The notes under the pieces: model-generated | The model's database searches: none | What the model was told of the DNA's origin: nothing | What the model saw: only the letters and a program-made list of their open reading frames with translations | Part shown: positions 40,167 to 52,600 of the stretch, piece after piece | How positions within the stretch are numbered: the first letter of the stretch is position 1 | How the letters are laid out: each line of letters begins with the position of its first letter | Program-made: the position numbers and the translations under genes | NCBI GenBank assembly: GCA_964016885.1 | Contig: OZ024747.1 | Coordinates: 30,194,001 to 30,258,000 of the forward strand | DNA length: 64,000 nt | DNA from: Eledone cirrhosa | Lineage: Eukaryota | Direction: 5' to 3'

Positions 40167-42144
40167 GTGGTTACACAACAGTTAGTTCACCATACCGAGA
40201 ACAACTGTTTCACCTTAAGGTAACTGAACTTGCTCCTTTCGAGGCGGACCTTCTTGACTTAGTCGCTAACACCCTAACACCTTTCAAACTAAACTTAGAA
40301 ATGATATTAAGAAATTTAGGTCTTCTAATAAGACTTTCGTTCTTTCCGACAAAACTAATAATATTTACGAAGTCGATAACACCACTTTCCGCCACTTGGC
40401 CCATAACGCTATTACTTCCAAATATAAGAAAGCTAACCCTATGGCCTGCCACGACATTAATACAGAAGCCAAAGAACTTGCCACCGCCCTTAAGGTAGAT
40501 AAGAAGCTACAATCTCTAGCTAAGCGGGAGGCGTTCCTCACCCTGAAAGATCACAAGGTAGACTTTACTGCTAACCCCACATGTAGACTAATAAACCCGG
40601 CACGCACAGATATGGGACTAGTCAGTAAGGCCATACTTAGAATCATAGTTAATACCATTAGGACCAAGTCCAACCTGTCCCAGTGGGAGAACAGCGACTC
40701 CGTAATTAAGTGCTTTAACTCCTTCAAATCCAAAAAAGCGAAGTTTGACATTGTTGATTTTTACCCGTCGATCTCAGAGACCCTGTGAAACAAAGCGTTG
40801 GACTTTGCTACCACTTACACTACCGTCGATGGATTAGACAGGGAAATCATCGCTCACTGCTGAAAACCCTCCTCTTCAACAACGGAGTAGCCGGGGCAAA
40901 GAAGTCAACAACTGCAGACCTATTCGACGTCTCCATGGGATCGTTTGACAGTGTTGACGTATGCGACTTGGTTGGCCTATTTAGTTTAGACATATTACAA
41001 GTTAGATTCCCGGACTTCCACATGGGAATATACCGCGACGATGGACTGACCTTATCGAGCCATAAAAGTGGTCACGAGCTCGACCGGTTTATGAAAAGAA
41101 AGCGTAACAATAGACAAACTATCTGGTTCTCTCCTCCCTTCTCACTCAACGTTAAAACCAATGTAGGCAAAACATTTCTAGCCCTCGTAGATAGACACTT
41201 TCCCATAGGTCATAAATACCGCGCCATCTTTAACCGACACAAAGTAAAGCTAGGATACTCCTGCGCTAAGAACATGAAGGCCCACATCACCAACAGCCCT
41301 CAGAGCAACACCCCACCAGGGGGCTCTTGACGTAAGCCCGAAGCTTGTCCACTTCAACAGCAATGTAACACACCCGCTGTAGTTTATGAAGCTGTGGTCA
41401 CTTCCAACAGACCAAATCAAACACAGGAGGTCAAATCCTTTGTGGGTATGGCGGAGGGCCGATTTAAGGAACGCTTACTGAACCACCAGTCGACCTTTAG
41501 GTACCCGGACAGACGTTCATCCACGAAACTCGCGAGCCACGTATGGTCCCTCAAGGACTCAAGTATAGACTACTCCATTCAATGGAAAGCCATCACTAAG
41601 TCCAAGCCATACGCAAGGGGAAATCCGTCGTGTGGACTATGTATTGATGAACGAATAAATATTCTAAAGCAATTACGCAATAGTGATTGCCTAAACACGA
41701 GAAATGAATTCTTCACACGTTGTCCACACGTCTGGAAACACCTCTTACATAACTACAAAGCTCCGGATTGAATTAAAAAAAACATCCTACTTTTCTTATC
41801 AACTAGAAACTTTCGGACTTTCGCAGTTATCTTCCTGAGATCTCTCGCACGCAATTTAGTATTGCCTGGGTGATCGTTTCTGCGCATGCGCGTTCGTACG
41901 GCTGTCCTTCCTGTTCCGTATAACCATATCCATTACGAGCTGAGGATCCGCTAAGGTGAAACAATTGTTCTCGGTATGGTGAACTAACTGTTGTGTAATC
42001 ACTTCTACCTAACTTGTCCTATGGACTGAGTGTTCTATCACTATATATTACTATATATCACTATATATTACCTTCCAGTGTTCTACCACTATATATATAT
42101 ATATATATAACAGTTAGTTCACCCTTACCGAGAACAATTGTTTC

Positions 42145-42150
<6 letters not shown>
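40164..42150 (+). mobile_element. Decayed, internally deleted Hydra-clade-like PLE family 5 with short inverted arm
   Basis: TLKDHK, FDIVDFYPSI, SMGSFD, YRDD, FVGMAE, CGLC, CPH; 40164-40217 inverted vs 41954-42007. Confidence 0.88.
41936..41973 (+). ncRNA. Minimal HHR family K
   Basis: cgag-CTGAGGA-t cc gctaa gg t-GAAA-CAATTG-TT-ctcg, extended by accata/tatggt. Confidence 0.75.
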
Positions 42151-42184
<34 letters not shown>

Positions 42185-42187
<3 letters not shown>

Positions 42188-43154
42188 CGTTTCTGAATTT
42201 GTTTAGCAAGATTCTTTATCTGAAATCGTGTGTTGAAACCGATATTGTTATACTTTGGGAGGGTCATGTTGCCAATAAGACCAGGTACCTCCGTAAAAAC
42301 ACTTATTAGCAAGACATACCCGTTCCAAAGACCCTCATGTATAGATAAGAAATGTATAACCTGTAAAATAAGCCCCCATATTAACTGTAAAACTAGAAAT
42401 GTAGTGTATAGCATAAGATGTACTGAAGGATAATGTAGAAACAAAAATATAGTGTACATAGGTGAGACAGCTCGTAGTATAGGGGAACGGATAAATGAAC
42501 ACTGGCGAGACCTTCAAGATAATAAAGAATCATCTGTACTCTACCAACATGCTAAGATAGAACACAAGGGTAAATTAGAGAACATAGAAATAAAAATAGA
42601 ATCCACACACAGAAAAGATGCAATGTTTAGGCAAATTACAGAGGCAGTAAGCATAAAAGAATTACAACCAAAATTAAATAGAAAATATGAGTGGAACAGC
42701 AACATCACAACTTACAATTAAGGACAAAATGAAAACACACACAGGACAAAATGAAAACACACACACACATAGAACAAACAACCAACCAACAATAAATAAA
42801 TAAATAAATAAACAAATAGATAAATGAACACAAACACACACAGACACCCGGATGTGGCGCATGCGCAAACTGAGCACACAACACACACACAGAAACAAAA
42901 TGGCATAGGATAGAAGAAAGGAAAGGCACAGAAACAAAGAAAGGAATCCCCAGTCACTGAAGAGGTCACAGAGTGTGTGACGAAAGGACTATGACTATAT
43001 ATAAACAACTATCTGGTTGTGGAACCAACCAACCAACCAGAAATTTATAAGTTTGTAGATTTGTAAATTTATAAATTTATAAATATATAATAAATTGAAG
43101 TGAAAGCAACTGGTGCGTGTGTTTCTTATTGGCAACATGACCCTCCCAAAGTAT

Positions 43155-43160
<6 letters not shown>
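42185..43160 (+). mobile_element. Second copy of PLE family 3 with ~95-bp inverted arm; terminal piece also at 43545-43631
   Basis: High identity to 26359-27300; in-frame TAA at 42431. Confidence 0.9.
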
Positions 43161-43186
<26 letters not shown>

Positions 43187-43635
43187 GGTTACCTGACCTA
43201 GCATTTCCCACAACAGGGCAACCCATCTAACCCATGCTAGCATGGAAATATTGATGATGATGATGATGATATATATATATATATATATATATATTGCCTA
43301 TATATGCAGAGTAGTCAGCACATGCAGGTATTTATTTGCATGTAGTTTGTAGCTTCAGCTTTTGTAGTACAGATTGGCTCAGTTCATTTCACTTTCTTTC
43401 ACCAACAAAGTAATTTAAACTTTCTGCATTACTTTGTGGCTGCAGCTCTGATTCAACAGAGATTTACCATTTCTTACTAGCAGATCAAGCAATAAATATT
43501 ATAGAGGTTTCCTGCTTGGATCATGTCTTTCAAGTTGTGAAAATGAACATGACCTTCCCAAAGTATAACAATATCGGTTTCAACACACGATTTCAGATAA
43601 AGAATCTTGCTAAACAAATTCAGAAACGAAATATA

Positions 43636-43675
<40 letters not shown>

Positions 43676-44904
43676 CATATATATATACATATACATATAT
43701 ATATACATATATATATATACATATATATATAAATATATGTATATTCATTTATGTATTTGACTTGCAAGATTTTTTATGTGAAATTGTGTGTTGAAACTGA
43801 TATTGTTATATTCGGAGATAGTTATATTGCCAGTATTGCCAATAAAACGCACAAACACTATATGATTTTCACTTTATCATTCTGCAACCTCCTCAATGAC
43901 AATTTGTCCTCTTCTATGCCTTCTCTTAATTTGTTACTCCATATTGCCTTTTACTTATACAATATATAATGACACTTGGTTTCATGTTTAGGGTACTGGG
44001 CTCATGATCGTAAGGTTGTGAGTTTGATATCTGGACTGAGTGATATGTTGTCAGATGCTTTATTTCATGTTATTTCCATTTAACAGGCAAAAGTGAGTTG
44101 TACCTATAATTCAAGAAGCCAGCCTTGTCACACAATGTGTCACACAGAACCTCCATCAGAACTATGGTAAGGGTGCACATGTCTGTGGAATACTCAGTCA
44201 CCTACACATTAAATCTTTGAGCCAGCAGTTCTGTTGATCATATCGACTAGAGCACTCGGTGTTGGAAACAACTAAGGTCCAACACATAATTATGACTGTC
44301 AGCTATATTAACTTCAAATAAAACTAATCTACATGATAATCTCCATCAACTGAAGTAATACATATTTTCTGCTCAAAATATTTCTCACCAATTATCAATT
44401 TATTTACCATACAAAATCTTGCAATCAAGCATGAAGGAACCCTGTGTCAGCTCACAATAGATGGAGAACTCTTCAGGAAACTTTTGAGAAACATTGTTTC
44501 CCCTATATTTTGTGTTGGTAATTTATTATTTATTTATTTATTCAATCAATTTAAATGTCCATATAGAGTAAGCCATGACAGACTGGGAGAAGTATTTAGT
44601 ACTTCTTACAGATGAGAAAATAAAAGCATGGTCTATAGAGACAAGTGAATATAAACATAAGAATAAAATAAAATTTGATAAAATAAAATAAATTTAAATA
44701 GGGAACGACAATGGGAGGCAAAATAAGCATGAAAAAATACAAAGAAAAAATGGGAAGCAAGGGAATCTGTAAAGTAGCTAGGAGGTTCTGTTGTTGATTT
44801 TTGTAACCTTCATCTACTCAAAGATTTTATTTATAGTTGGTAGATATTATGTAATGGGGGTAACTTTGGAGGGAAGTGTTTGTAGCATATGATGGGCAAA
44901 TAAC

Positions 44905-45280
44905 TGCGTCTACTTTTTGCACCAGGCCAGCAATTATGCCAGTGTATTACTGGTACTTTATTTTATCGACCCCGTAAGGATGGAAGGCAAAGTTAACCTT
45001 GGTGGGATTTGAACTCAGACCATAAAGGGTCGTATTTCTTTGCTGCAAAGCATGGCATCAAACCCTCTACCAATACTGCCAATCCACCGCCATAATGATG
45101 GGCAAATAATTGTTTCTACTTTTGGCACAAGGCCAGCAATTACTGGTACTTTATTTTATCAACCCCGTAGGATGAAAAGCAAATTTAACCTCGGCGGGAT
45201 TTGAACTCAGAACATAAAGGGACGTAACTATGCTGGTAAGCATGTCTGACCCTCTACCGATACTGCCAATTCACCAAGAT
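44905..45280 (-). mobile_element. Two tandem tRNA-derived SINE copies (other copies ~21907-22015, 52710-52895, 54440-54860, 57150-57400, 57598-57788)
   Basis: Shared core ACTGGTACTTTATTTTATCGACCCCGTAAGGATGAAAGGCAAAG, B-box-like GAGTTCAAATCCC. Confidence 0.8.
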
Positions 45281-45465
45281 ATTATCACTTTAGATAAGGT
45301 GATGATTACAAAAAAAACATGGAATATAACTAATGTTGTATAATTTAATAATAAAGTTGGTCTGGGTATTAACTGTCGAAAGCCAGACATGATGAATCTA
45401 TCTTATGCCAAAATATCAAATTGCAGTATAGGAGGAGAAATAATAAAGACCACTAGACACTTCAA

Positions 45466-45650
45466 TCATCATCATTGTCATCATCATCATCATAGTTGTC
45501 GTCGTCATCATCATCATCGTTGTCATCATCATAATCATCATCATTATCAGCATCCTCCTCCTCCTCATCATCATTGTGATCGTCATCATCATTTTCATCA
45601 TCATCATCATCACCACAATCATTGTCATCACTACCGTCACCACCATCTCA
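45466..45650. repeat. Degenerate (CAT)n repeat
   Basis: Direct reading. Confidence 0.9.
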
Positions 45651-45805
45651 TTTAACATTCATTTTTCCCTCTTTAGTAAGAGTTAGACAAGTTGTCACCA
45701 CACTGGGCTGGTACTCATATGGAGATACCAATCCTTGCTAGCAAGGGAAGTAGACATTAAATGATTATATACATATGTATATATTTGGTTATATATATAT
45801 ATATA

Positions 45806-48800
45806 CTAGCTGAGCTACCCGGTGATAGCCGGGTATTTTATGAAAGTTACAATATATTTGGCAGACATTACAAAATATTTGACCATTCAAATATGATTGC
45901 TGAATTTTAACCAAAGTAGGAATTATAGCAGAATATTTATTGCCGTTTGGTCAAAGTAAATCATATAGATAAAAATATTAGTTTTTTCCAGTGGTGATTT
46001 TTTGAATACTGCTCCCTATTACAGTCAGCATATATAATGCTTTACTCATAGATGAATCATTAGGTATGTTGTCAGTGAAAAGGGCATGACCCAAAAAATA
46101 CATTTAGATTTTTTTTATTTATCCTTTTTTTTTTTTTTTTTTTTGGTTCAATCTGAACCTCTGAAATTCAAACAACATGTAAAGACTATTTTAAAAACCA
46201 TAAATAAAATAAGAAAATAAATTTAGCATTGGTTTATGATTGAATAAAGCATTTACTTACTCGTTTCTGTAATTCGGGAAAAGTGTATTTAAATTTGTAG
46301 ACTGTAGCTTTCACCAATCTTTGCCTCTATGGCAGTAGGATCTTGTTTGAGGGAGATTTGTTTTCTATTTCTATTAGCTATACCAACAGTTATAGTGGCT
46401 CGCATGACATACATAGATACATACACACACATGTATGTGTGTAAGACAGTTGTTTGTGATTTGAAATGGATTTTGATAATATTTCTAGTAGATCGAGTTA
46501 TCACATGGAACCATTCCTTTTTGCTTCATACATATATACATACCTGAGAAAGTAAGGTGGGATTTGAAGGAAATTTGGCTGCTATTTCTACCCAACAAAG
46601 TCCTCACTTATACTACTTTATATAGCAGAGGTACCCGGGAATGCCTGTATATTCTTCCAAAGTAACACCATGCAATAAATTTGTGGCTTCAGAATTCCTT
46701 GCAAACAACACGACTAAGGAATTAGGATCTGTGTGTATTGTCATTGAATGAGGAATTACGACATTGCTCATTCCAAAGCCTCTGGATAAACAACATTCTT
46801 GGTTTTGCCCTGTGGTGCCACAATGAAGAGACAATCAGGGTTCCCAACCTTTGTTGTGCCAACATAGAGTTGACCATGTGAAAAAACAGGATCTGCCAGA
46901 TTCAAGCCAATGACTTTCAATGATTGCCCTTGAAATTTATTAATGGTCATGGGAAAACTGAGCCTGATCGGAAATTGAAGTCTTTGAAATTCAAATGGCA
47001 AATCAGTTGGCTTCAGAAGTATTCTGAGAATGAAACAATTGTCACCAGCAAATTTTCCTGACATGATTGCAACTTCTAGAACATTGGACATCATATTTTT
47101 GATGACGAGTCTTGTGCCATTACAAAGTTTTGGAGGATCCAGATTGTGAAGTAGCATAACCGATGCTCCAGAAGCTTCAGTATCAGGTTGTGTGGAGGAA
47201 TTCCCGCTCATTCAAGACTGTTCAACAATTCAGTTGGATAGTTTACAACCTGGTCTTGAGAAGTGATTATGCCAACTGATTTGTAAGATATTTTCTCTCC
47301 CGGTAACATCTCCAGCAGCCTTCTGTTGATTTCTTTCACAGCAACATTTTTAGGTGCTAAGATTGCTCGTTCACAGAGACATTTCGGATCACATTGCCTG
47401 GTCTGAATGTTTGGAAACACTCTGGCAATCAGTTCTTGTTCTGTGTCAATGATATGGCCAAATGACAACTGAATATGGTCATTGGAGTCCTTTTCAAGAA
47501 GTCTATTTCCCAATTTAAGTAGTTGGATGGCAAACTTACTGACTCCTTCGTCACCAGTTAAGTGCACTCGCATGTTGGTTGTAAGGCTCAGCAGCTGAAA
47601 GTGGGGTCAGACATAGGATGTTTTCAGACAGGCATTGACTTGATCAACTCGAGTCCCTTGAAGAATTACAGACAGAGTTTGTCTGAAATCACCAGCAAGA
47701 ACCATTGTCACTCCTCCCATTATGCAACTATTTTCTCTCAGATCCCTTATCGTCTGGTCTAAAGCTTCAATTGCTCCTTTATGGCTCATAGTAGCTTCAT
47801 CCCAAATTATCATCTTGCATGTCTGCAGAAGCTTGCCCTTGGGTGAGTTCTTCTTGATGTTGCAAAAAGATTGTTCATGCCGTGTGAGATATATGGGCAG
47901 CTTAAACATGGAGTATGCAGTTCTTCCTCCATCCAGAAGTGTTGCTGCAATGCCACTTGAAGCCACAGCAAGGGCAATATTGGCGAACGTTTGCAAGCAG
48001 GAGATTTATGAGGAATGTCTTGCCTGTGCCAGCAGGAGCATCGATGAAGAAAAGTCCTCCCTTGTCATTTTGAATGTTTTCGATGATGTTGTGGTAGGCG
48101 TATTTCTGGTCATCCATCAATCGAGGTTCACTTTCATCCACAAACTTACGCAATGCTTGAATATCATAGTTTGTCTCCTGAAAAATGTCTTGTGCTATCT
48201 CCATTTCTTCATCTGGCTCTGGCATCCTGCAGTTAGCTAATGTGCTATTTGTTGCCTGAACTCGATGGGACAGGTCACAGAGAGCTTGATTGTAAATCCT
48301 GGGGGTATATTCCATATACATATTACCATGATGTCTTCGGGCTAGGTGTAGATAGTCGTCCGACATATTGTTTTTGTACTCCTACCAGGGTAGATGAGCT
48401 TCATCAATTCCACATGCTGTGAGCATAATAGCAAATAATTGTCTTATTTGACTGGCTACTTGAATGATTGCTGCTTCTTCTAGGCACTTCTTCCAGTGTC
48501 CATTGTCATACAGGAGACCATTCTGTTTACATGCTTCTTGGTATGTTGCGCACTCCCTTCCTCTGAAGCACCTAAGATCCTCCAATGACGTTGGTCCTCG
48601 AACAGTATGCAGTAACAGTAACCATAAATAAAAACATTCTCTGTTGTTGGGATGGACATTGTAAACATGCCCAATAGCATCACTTGACTTGACTTCATGA
48701 CCTTCCACTAAATGACCCTGCTTTCTTCGATTCCAGGTCTTGTAATTGGTCCAGGTGTAGTATGTTGGGGCTTCAGCATATAGGAGGGATTGAGCAAATT

Positions 48801-51800
48801 CATCATTCTGGCAGAGTTTAAAGAAAACAGTTAGTGTAGTGTTATGTGATGCTTGTGCCAACTGATGAGCAGTGATCTCAGTGAAGTACACTCTCTGTCC
48901 ATTTTCCAGATGGACTGAGAGGTTGACCACTGTTGAGTGGCATTGGTGGATATCAAATCCAAAGATTCGCCTGATAGCTTCATTGCTGGAGATGTATCGA
49001 CCTGTTTGAGACCGTTTGACCTCATCCAGCCCACCATCATTGAGTTCTTTGTCAGTAATAAAGGTAGCCATGTCACTGCCCTTGTTGATATATTTTGTGA
49101 CATATAAGATTGCCTTTACGGAGCTGCAATACTCAACATTGATATGAGCTTTTAAAAGTTTACACAACAATTTGTTGTGTGGGACGACCCACTGATTGTT
49201 TATGGTCAGCTCTTCTCCTCGAACTGTTAGGCTTGCAGTATTGCCTCCATGTTCTGGTCTACACTTACAATAAAGGGGGTATCCATTATTGTCAGTCCGA
49301 GTTTCCCGAATAAAAGCTCTAGGATAATGTTTGCTGCATTTTTTATCTTTCATCCAGAGAGAGTCTGGATTGATGACTCCACATGGACCATGAATGAGTT
49401 TGGACTTGATGGTTTCAAAGAGTTCTGTATCACCACCTTTATCAGGCAACTCTGCTGAAATGATCTTATCAACATCATCTGGTCTTATCTTCTCCTTGCA
49501 TCAGATTAGTGTGTGAGAGTGAGGATACCTCTCTTCTGCCACCCAATAGTGGTCCTCCAAGCACTAAGCTCACCAAAGATTCTTCCTTCTTTTATGCGCC
49601 AGATGAGTATTTTTTTGCTTTTCATGGGAAACCTGAGCAATGAGGTCATGTCGATTCTTTGGTTTTTGATTTTGAAATAATTCATTTGATATTTCTGACC
49701 AGTTTGAATTGCATGTAAATGTAATGAAGAGAGCTGGTCGACCAAATTTTCTGACATAGGCCATTGCATCTTGCGTATGTTCATGCATGTAACGTGGTCC
49801 TCCCGTGAAGCTTGATAGTAGTATGACTGGCTGGTTACTTCTTTGAATTGCAGAACTTGGTTGAAGTAATCAATTACCATGAAATATTAGAATTCTTTGC
49901 AGCTGATTGATCGGCCAGTTTCTTGTCCTGTTCCTAGCTGATCTGCCGTAGCTGAAAATGATATCCATCTTGACCATTCCAAAAGATGAGTGGTTATTGG
50001 AGTGAATCATAGGCTCTATGAGTTTCACAAATTCGCTCCAAATGTCGACTTCGTTTTTGCAAAACAATGTCACGTCGTTCATGCTGTTCATCAACCATTA
50101 TGATTGCAACTTCATCAGTGACAGGTGCATTGAATCTGCGTTCATGTTCTGAAGCTGGGTGTTTGTCTGCCCTAATGATGATTTTACAATCTTTGGTGTT
50201 GTTCATATGCTCCAGTGCATATTTAAATATACTGATGTACATGTGATGTTGGTGAAGCATTTCTTGTAACTTTATGACTATGTAGAACTGCAATCCACCA
50301 TGGACATTGGTACATCTTTGTTGTGCCTGTGTTTCATTTCCACCCATGAAGTAAACCTGCACAAGTTTGTGTGGTTCCTGTGAAAGTGGCAGAGGGCCAA
50401 CCATTAAGTGGTAACACTGTCCCTGAATTTTATAAGTTGTACAGAATCTAAAGTCAGTCACATTCCCGTCAGCCCCAAAAGATGTCATTTGAAAGGCAGA
50501 ATTATATTTTATGATGTATTTATTGAAGTGTCGTGCTTCTAGTGTATGCTGAAGGAGCAGATTCTTCAGAAATTCAGGAGATTCTTGTATTGTTTTAAGG
50601 CTCACTTTGCCTTTTAAGCAGCATAGACTTGGTGTTTCTGCTGCCCACTTCTTGGCACCACAATACTGGCAGCATTTGTTCATTTTCCCAATGTTTATTT
50701 GTGGATTACTGCTGTAGTCCTTTTGGGGGTCATAAGAAAAAGCACCCATCAGCCAGTTCATTTTACTTGTGGCCTGTTCTCCTGCTTGGGCAGTAGAACG
50801 ATTTGCTTGATTAACATTTCGTCTGATTTGCTGCTGTTCCTTATTTTGTTGTTCGTGTGTAGCAGCAGTCCTTTGTTCCCTTTCATCCAACGGTGTGCTC
50901 GTGCTAAAGCTGTTTGGGCTCTGTTAGCAGCTAGACGGGCATGCCGAACTTCTTCACTTTCTTCAGATCATTGTGTTTTCTTTCTCTTAGCCTCAGAATT
51001 TATAATTTGGAACATAATAATCTGGGACGTTTTCTAGCCATTTGAAGTGATATTAGTTCACACCACATGATAAAATAAAGTACCAGTAATGCACTGGAAT
51101 AATTGCTGGCCTTGTGCCAAAAGTAGAAACAATTATTACACACCACACTCTTTCCGAAATAGAAACAACTATAGAATGTATTGTTCACTCAGTAAAGTTG
51201 TTTTAAATGATCTCTTTATATGAATGTATATTAGGTGTAATTAATTTTAGACATATGTAGAAAATATTGGGATTTCAGATTGTATTCTGAAATTATCATT
51301 TTTTATCCTACTCCCCCCTCAAAAAACGACAAACACTACAAATTCAAATAACAGCGGAAAATAATATATTCAAATAATATCTTTTTATAATAATATCTTT
51401 TTATTTTTATTTTTGTCTGTTAAATATATATATACAACTTCTATAAAAGCATCTGTGATTTCTTTAGACATATGTAGAAAATAAGCTTTGATGGTAACAT
51501 ATATCATCTGCTAAAGAACGCCCCCCCCCCCCATAACACACACATGTGTGTGTAAATATATATATAAATGCGGACACACGTTAGGTGAAGAATCCCTCCA
51601 ATCACCCTTCCTCTCTCCTGCCTCTTTACTTTTTTTTCTCTCTCCCATCTTTTCTCTTTTCTTATTGTCTTTCTATCCCCATCCGCCTCACTCCCTTTCT
51701 CTTTCTCATCTCCTCTCTTTCTTTCTCTCTCTCAACCTCTACAGAATAGCAAACAAAAAATAAATAAAAGATAAATAACATTGGGAGAGTTAAGAAGTGT

Positions 51801-52528
51801 CTAAAAACAATAAATAAATAAAAGTTAATGAATGCTGGTTACTTTTCCCCTCTCTCTCTCCCATCCCATTACTCTCTCTCTCTTTTTCTCTTTTTCTCTC
51901 TCACATACCCCCTCTCTCTACAGAATAGTGAAAAAAAATAAAGAAAAGATAAATAACGTTAAGGAAGCGGGAGAGTTAAAAAGTGTGTAAAAATAATAAA
52001 TAAATAAAAGTTAAGAACGCTGGAAGCTTTCCCTCTCTCTATTTTATTGTCTTTCTCTCCCATCCCCTTACTCTCTTTCTTTCTCTCTCATATCCTCTTA
52101 CTCTCTCTCTCTCTCTCCCATCTCCCACTCTCTCTCTCATCCCTTACTCTCTTTCTTTCTCTCTCACATCCCCTTACTCTCTCTCTCCCATCCACTCACT
52201 CTCTCTCTTTCTCTCTCATCCCCTTACTCTCTCTCTCTCCCATCTCCTACTCTCTCTCTTTCTCTCTCTTCCATTAGTCTCTATCTCTCTCTCTCCCATC
52301 CCCCACTCTCTTATCTACAGACTGGAGAACATAAAAAACAAAATGGATGATCTCTTTTGATATTCATTAGAAAATAAGATAAATTGAATTTAAATGAATT
52401 CCTTGCTTTACAAAGTAAAACCTTTTCAACCGTTACCTGTATAGTGAATATGTATGTGTAATTTTGAGGAGTTTGGTCCGGTAGTTTGCTAGTTTTAGGC
52501 GGACACACAGAATCGCCTAAATCTAGCA

Positions 52529-52540
<12 letters not shown>
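45806..52540 (-). mobile_element. Decayed autonomous Helitron
   Basis: 3' CTAG at 45806-09 with hairpin TACCCGG/CCGGGTA at 45816-35; Rep-helicase remnants; 5' boundary approximate. Confidence 0.88.
46768..50890 (-). pseudogene. Helitron Rep (HUH) + PIF1 helicase, fragmented
   Basis: CC..GKV, FITFTCN, HGPCG, YVTKYINKG, GTGKTF, IIWDE, GDFRQ, LCNGT, QGQS, HGQLYV. Confidence 0.93.

Positions 52541-52600
<60 letters not shown>

Noticed and set aside
44408-44502. Possible host exon GNNVSQKFPEEFSIYCELTQGSFMLDCKILY (-)
   Set aside because: AG/GT present, but no polypyrimidine tract and no recognisable homology
51560-52310. CT-rich repeats as a separate element
   Set aside because: Low-complexity internal duplications within the Helitron 5' region
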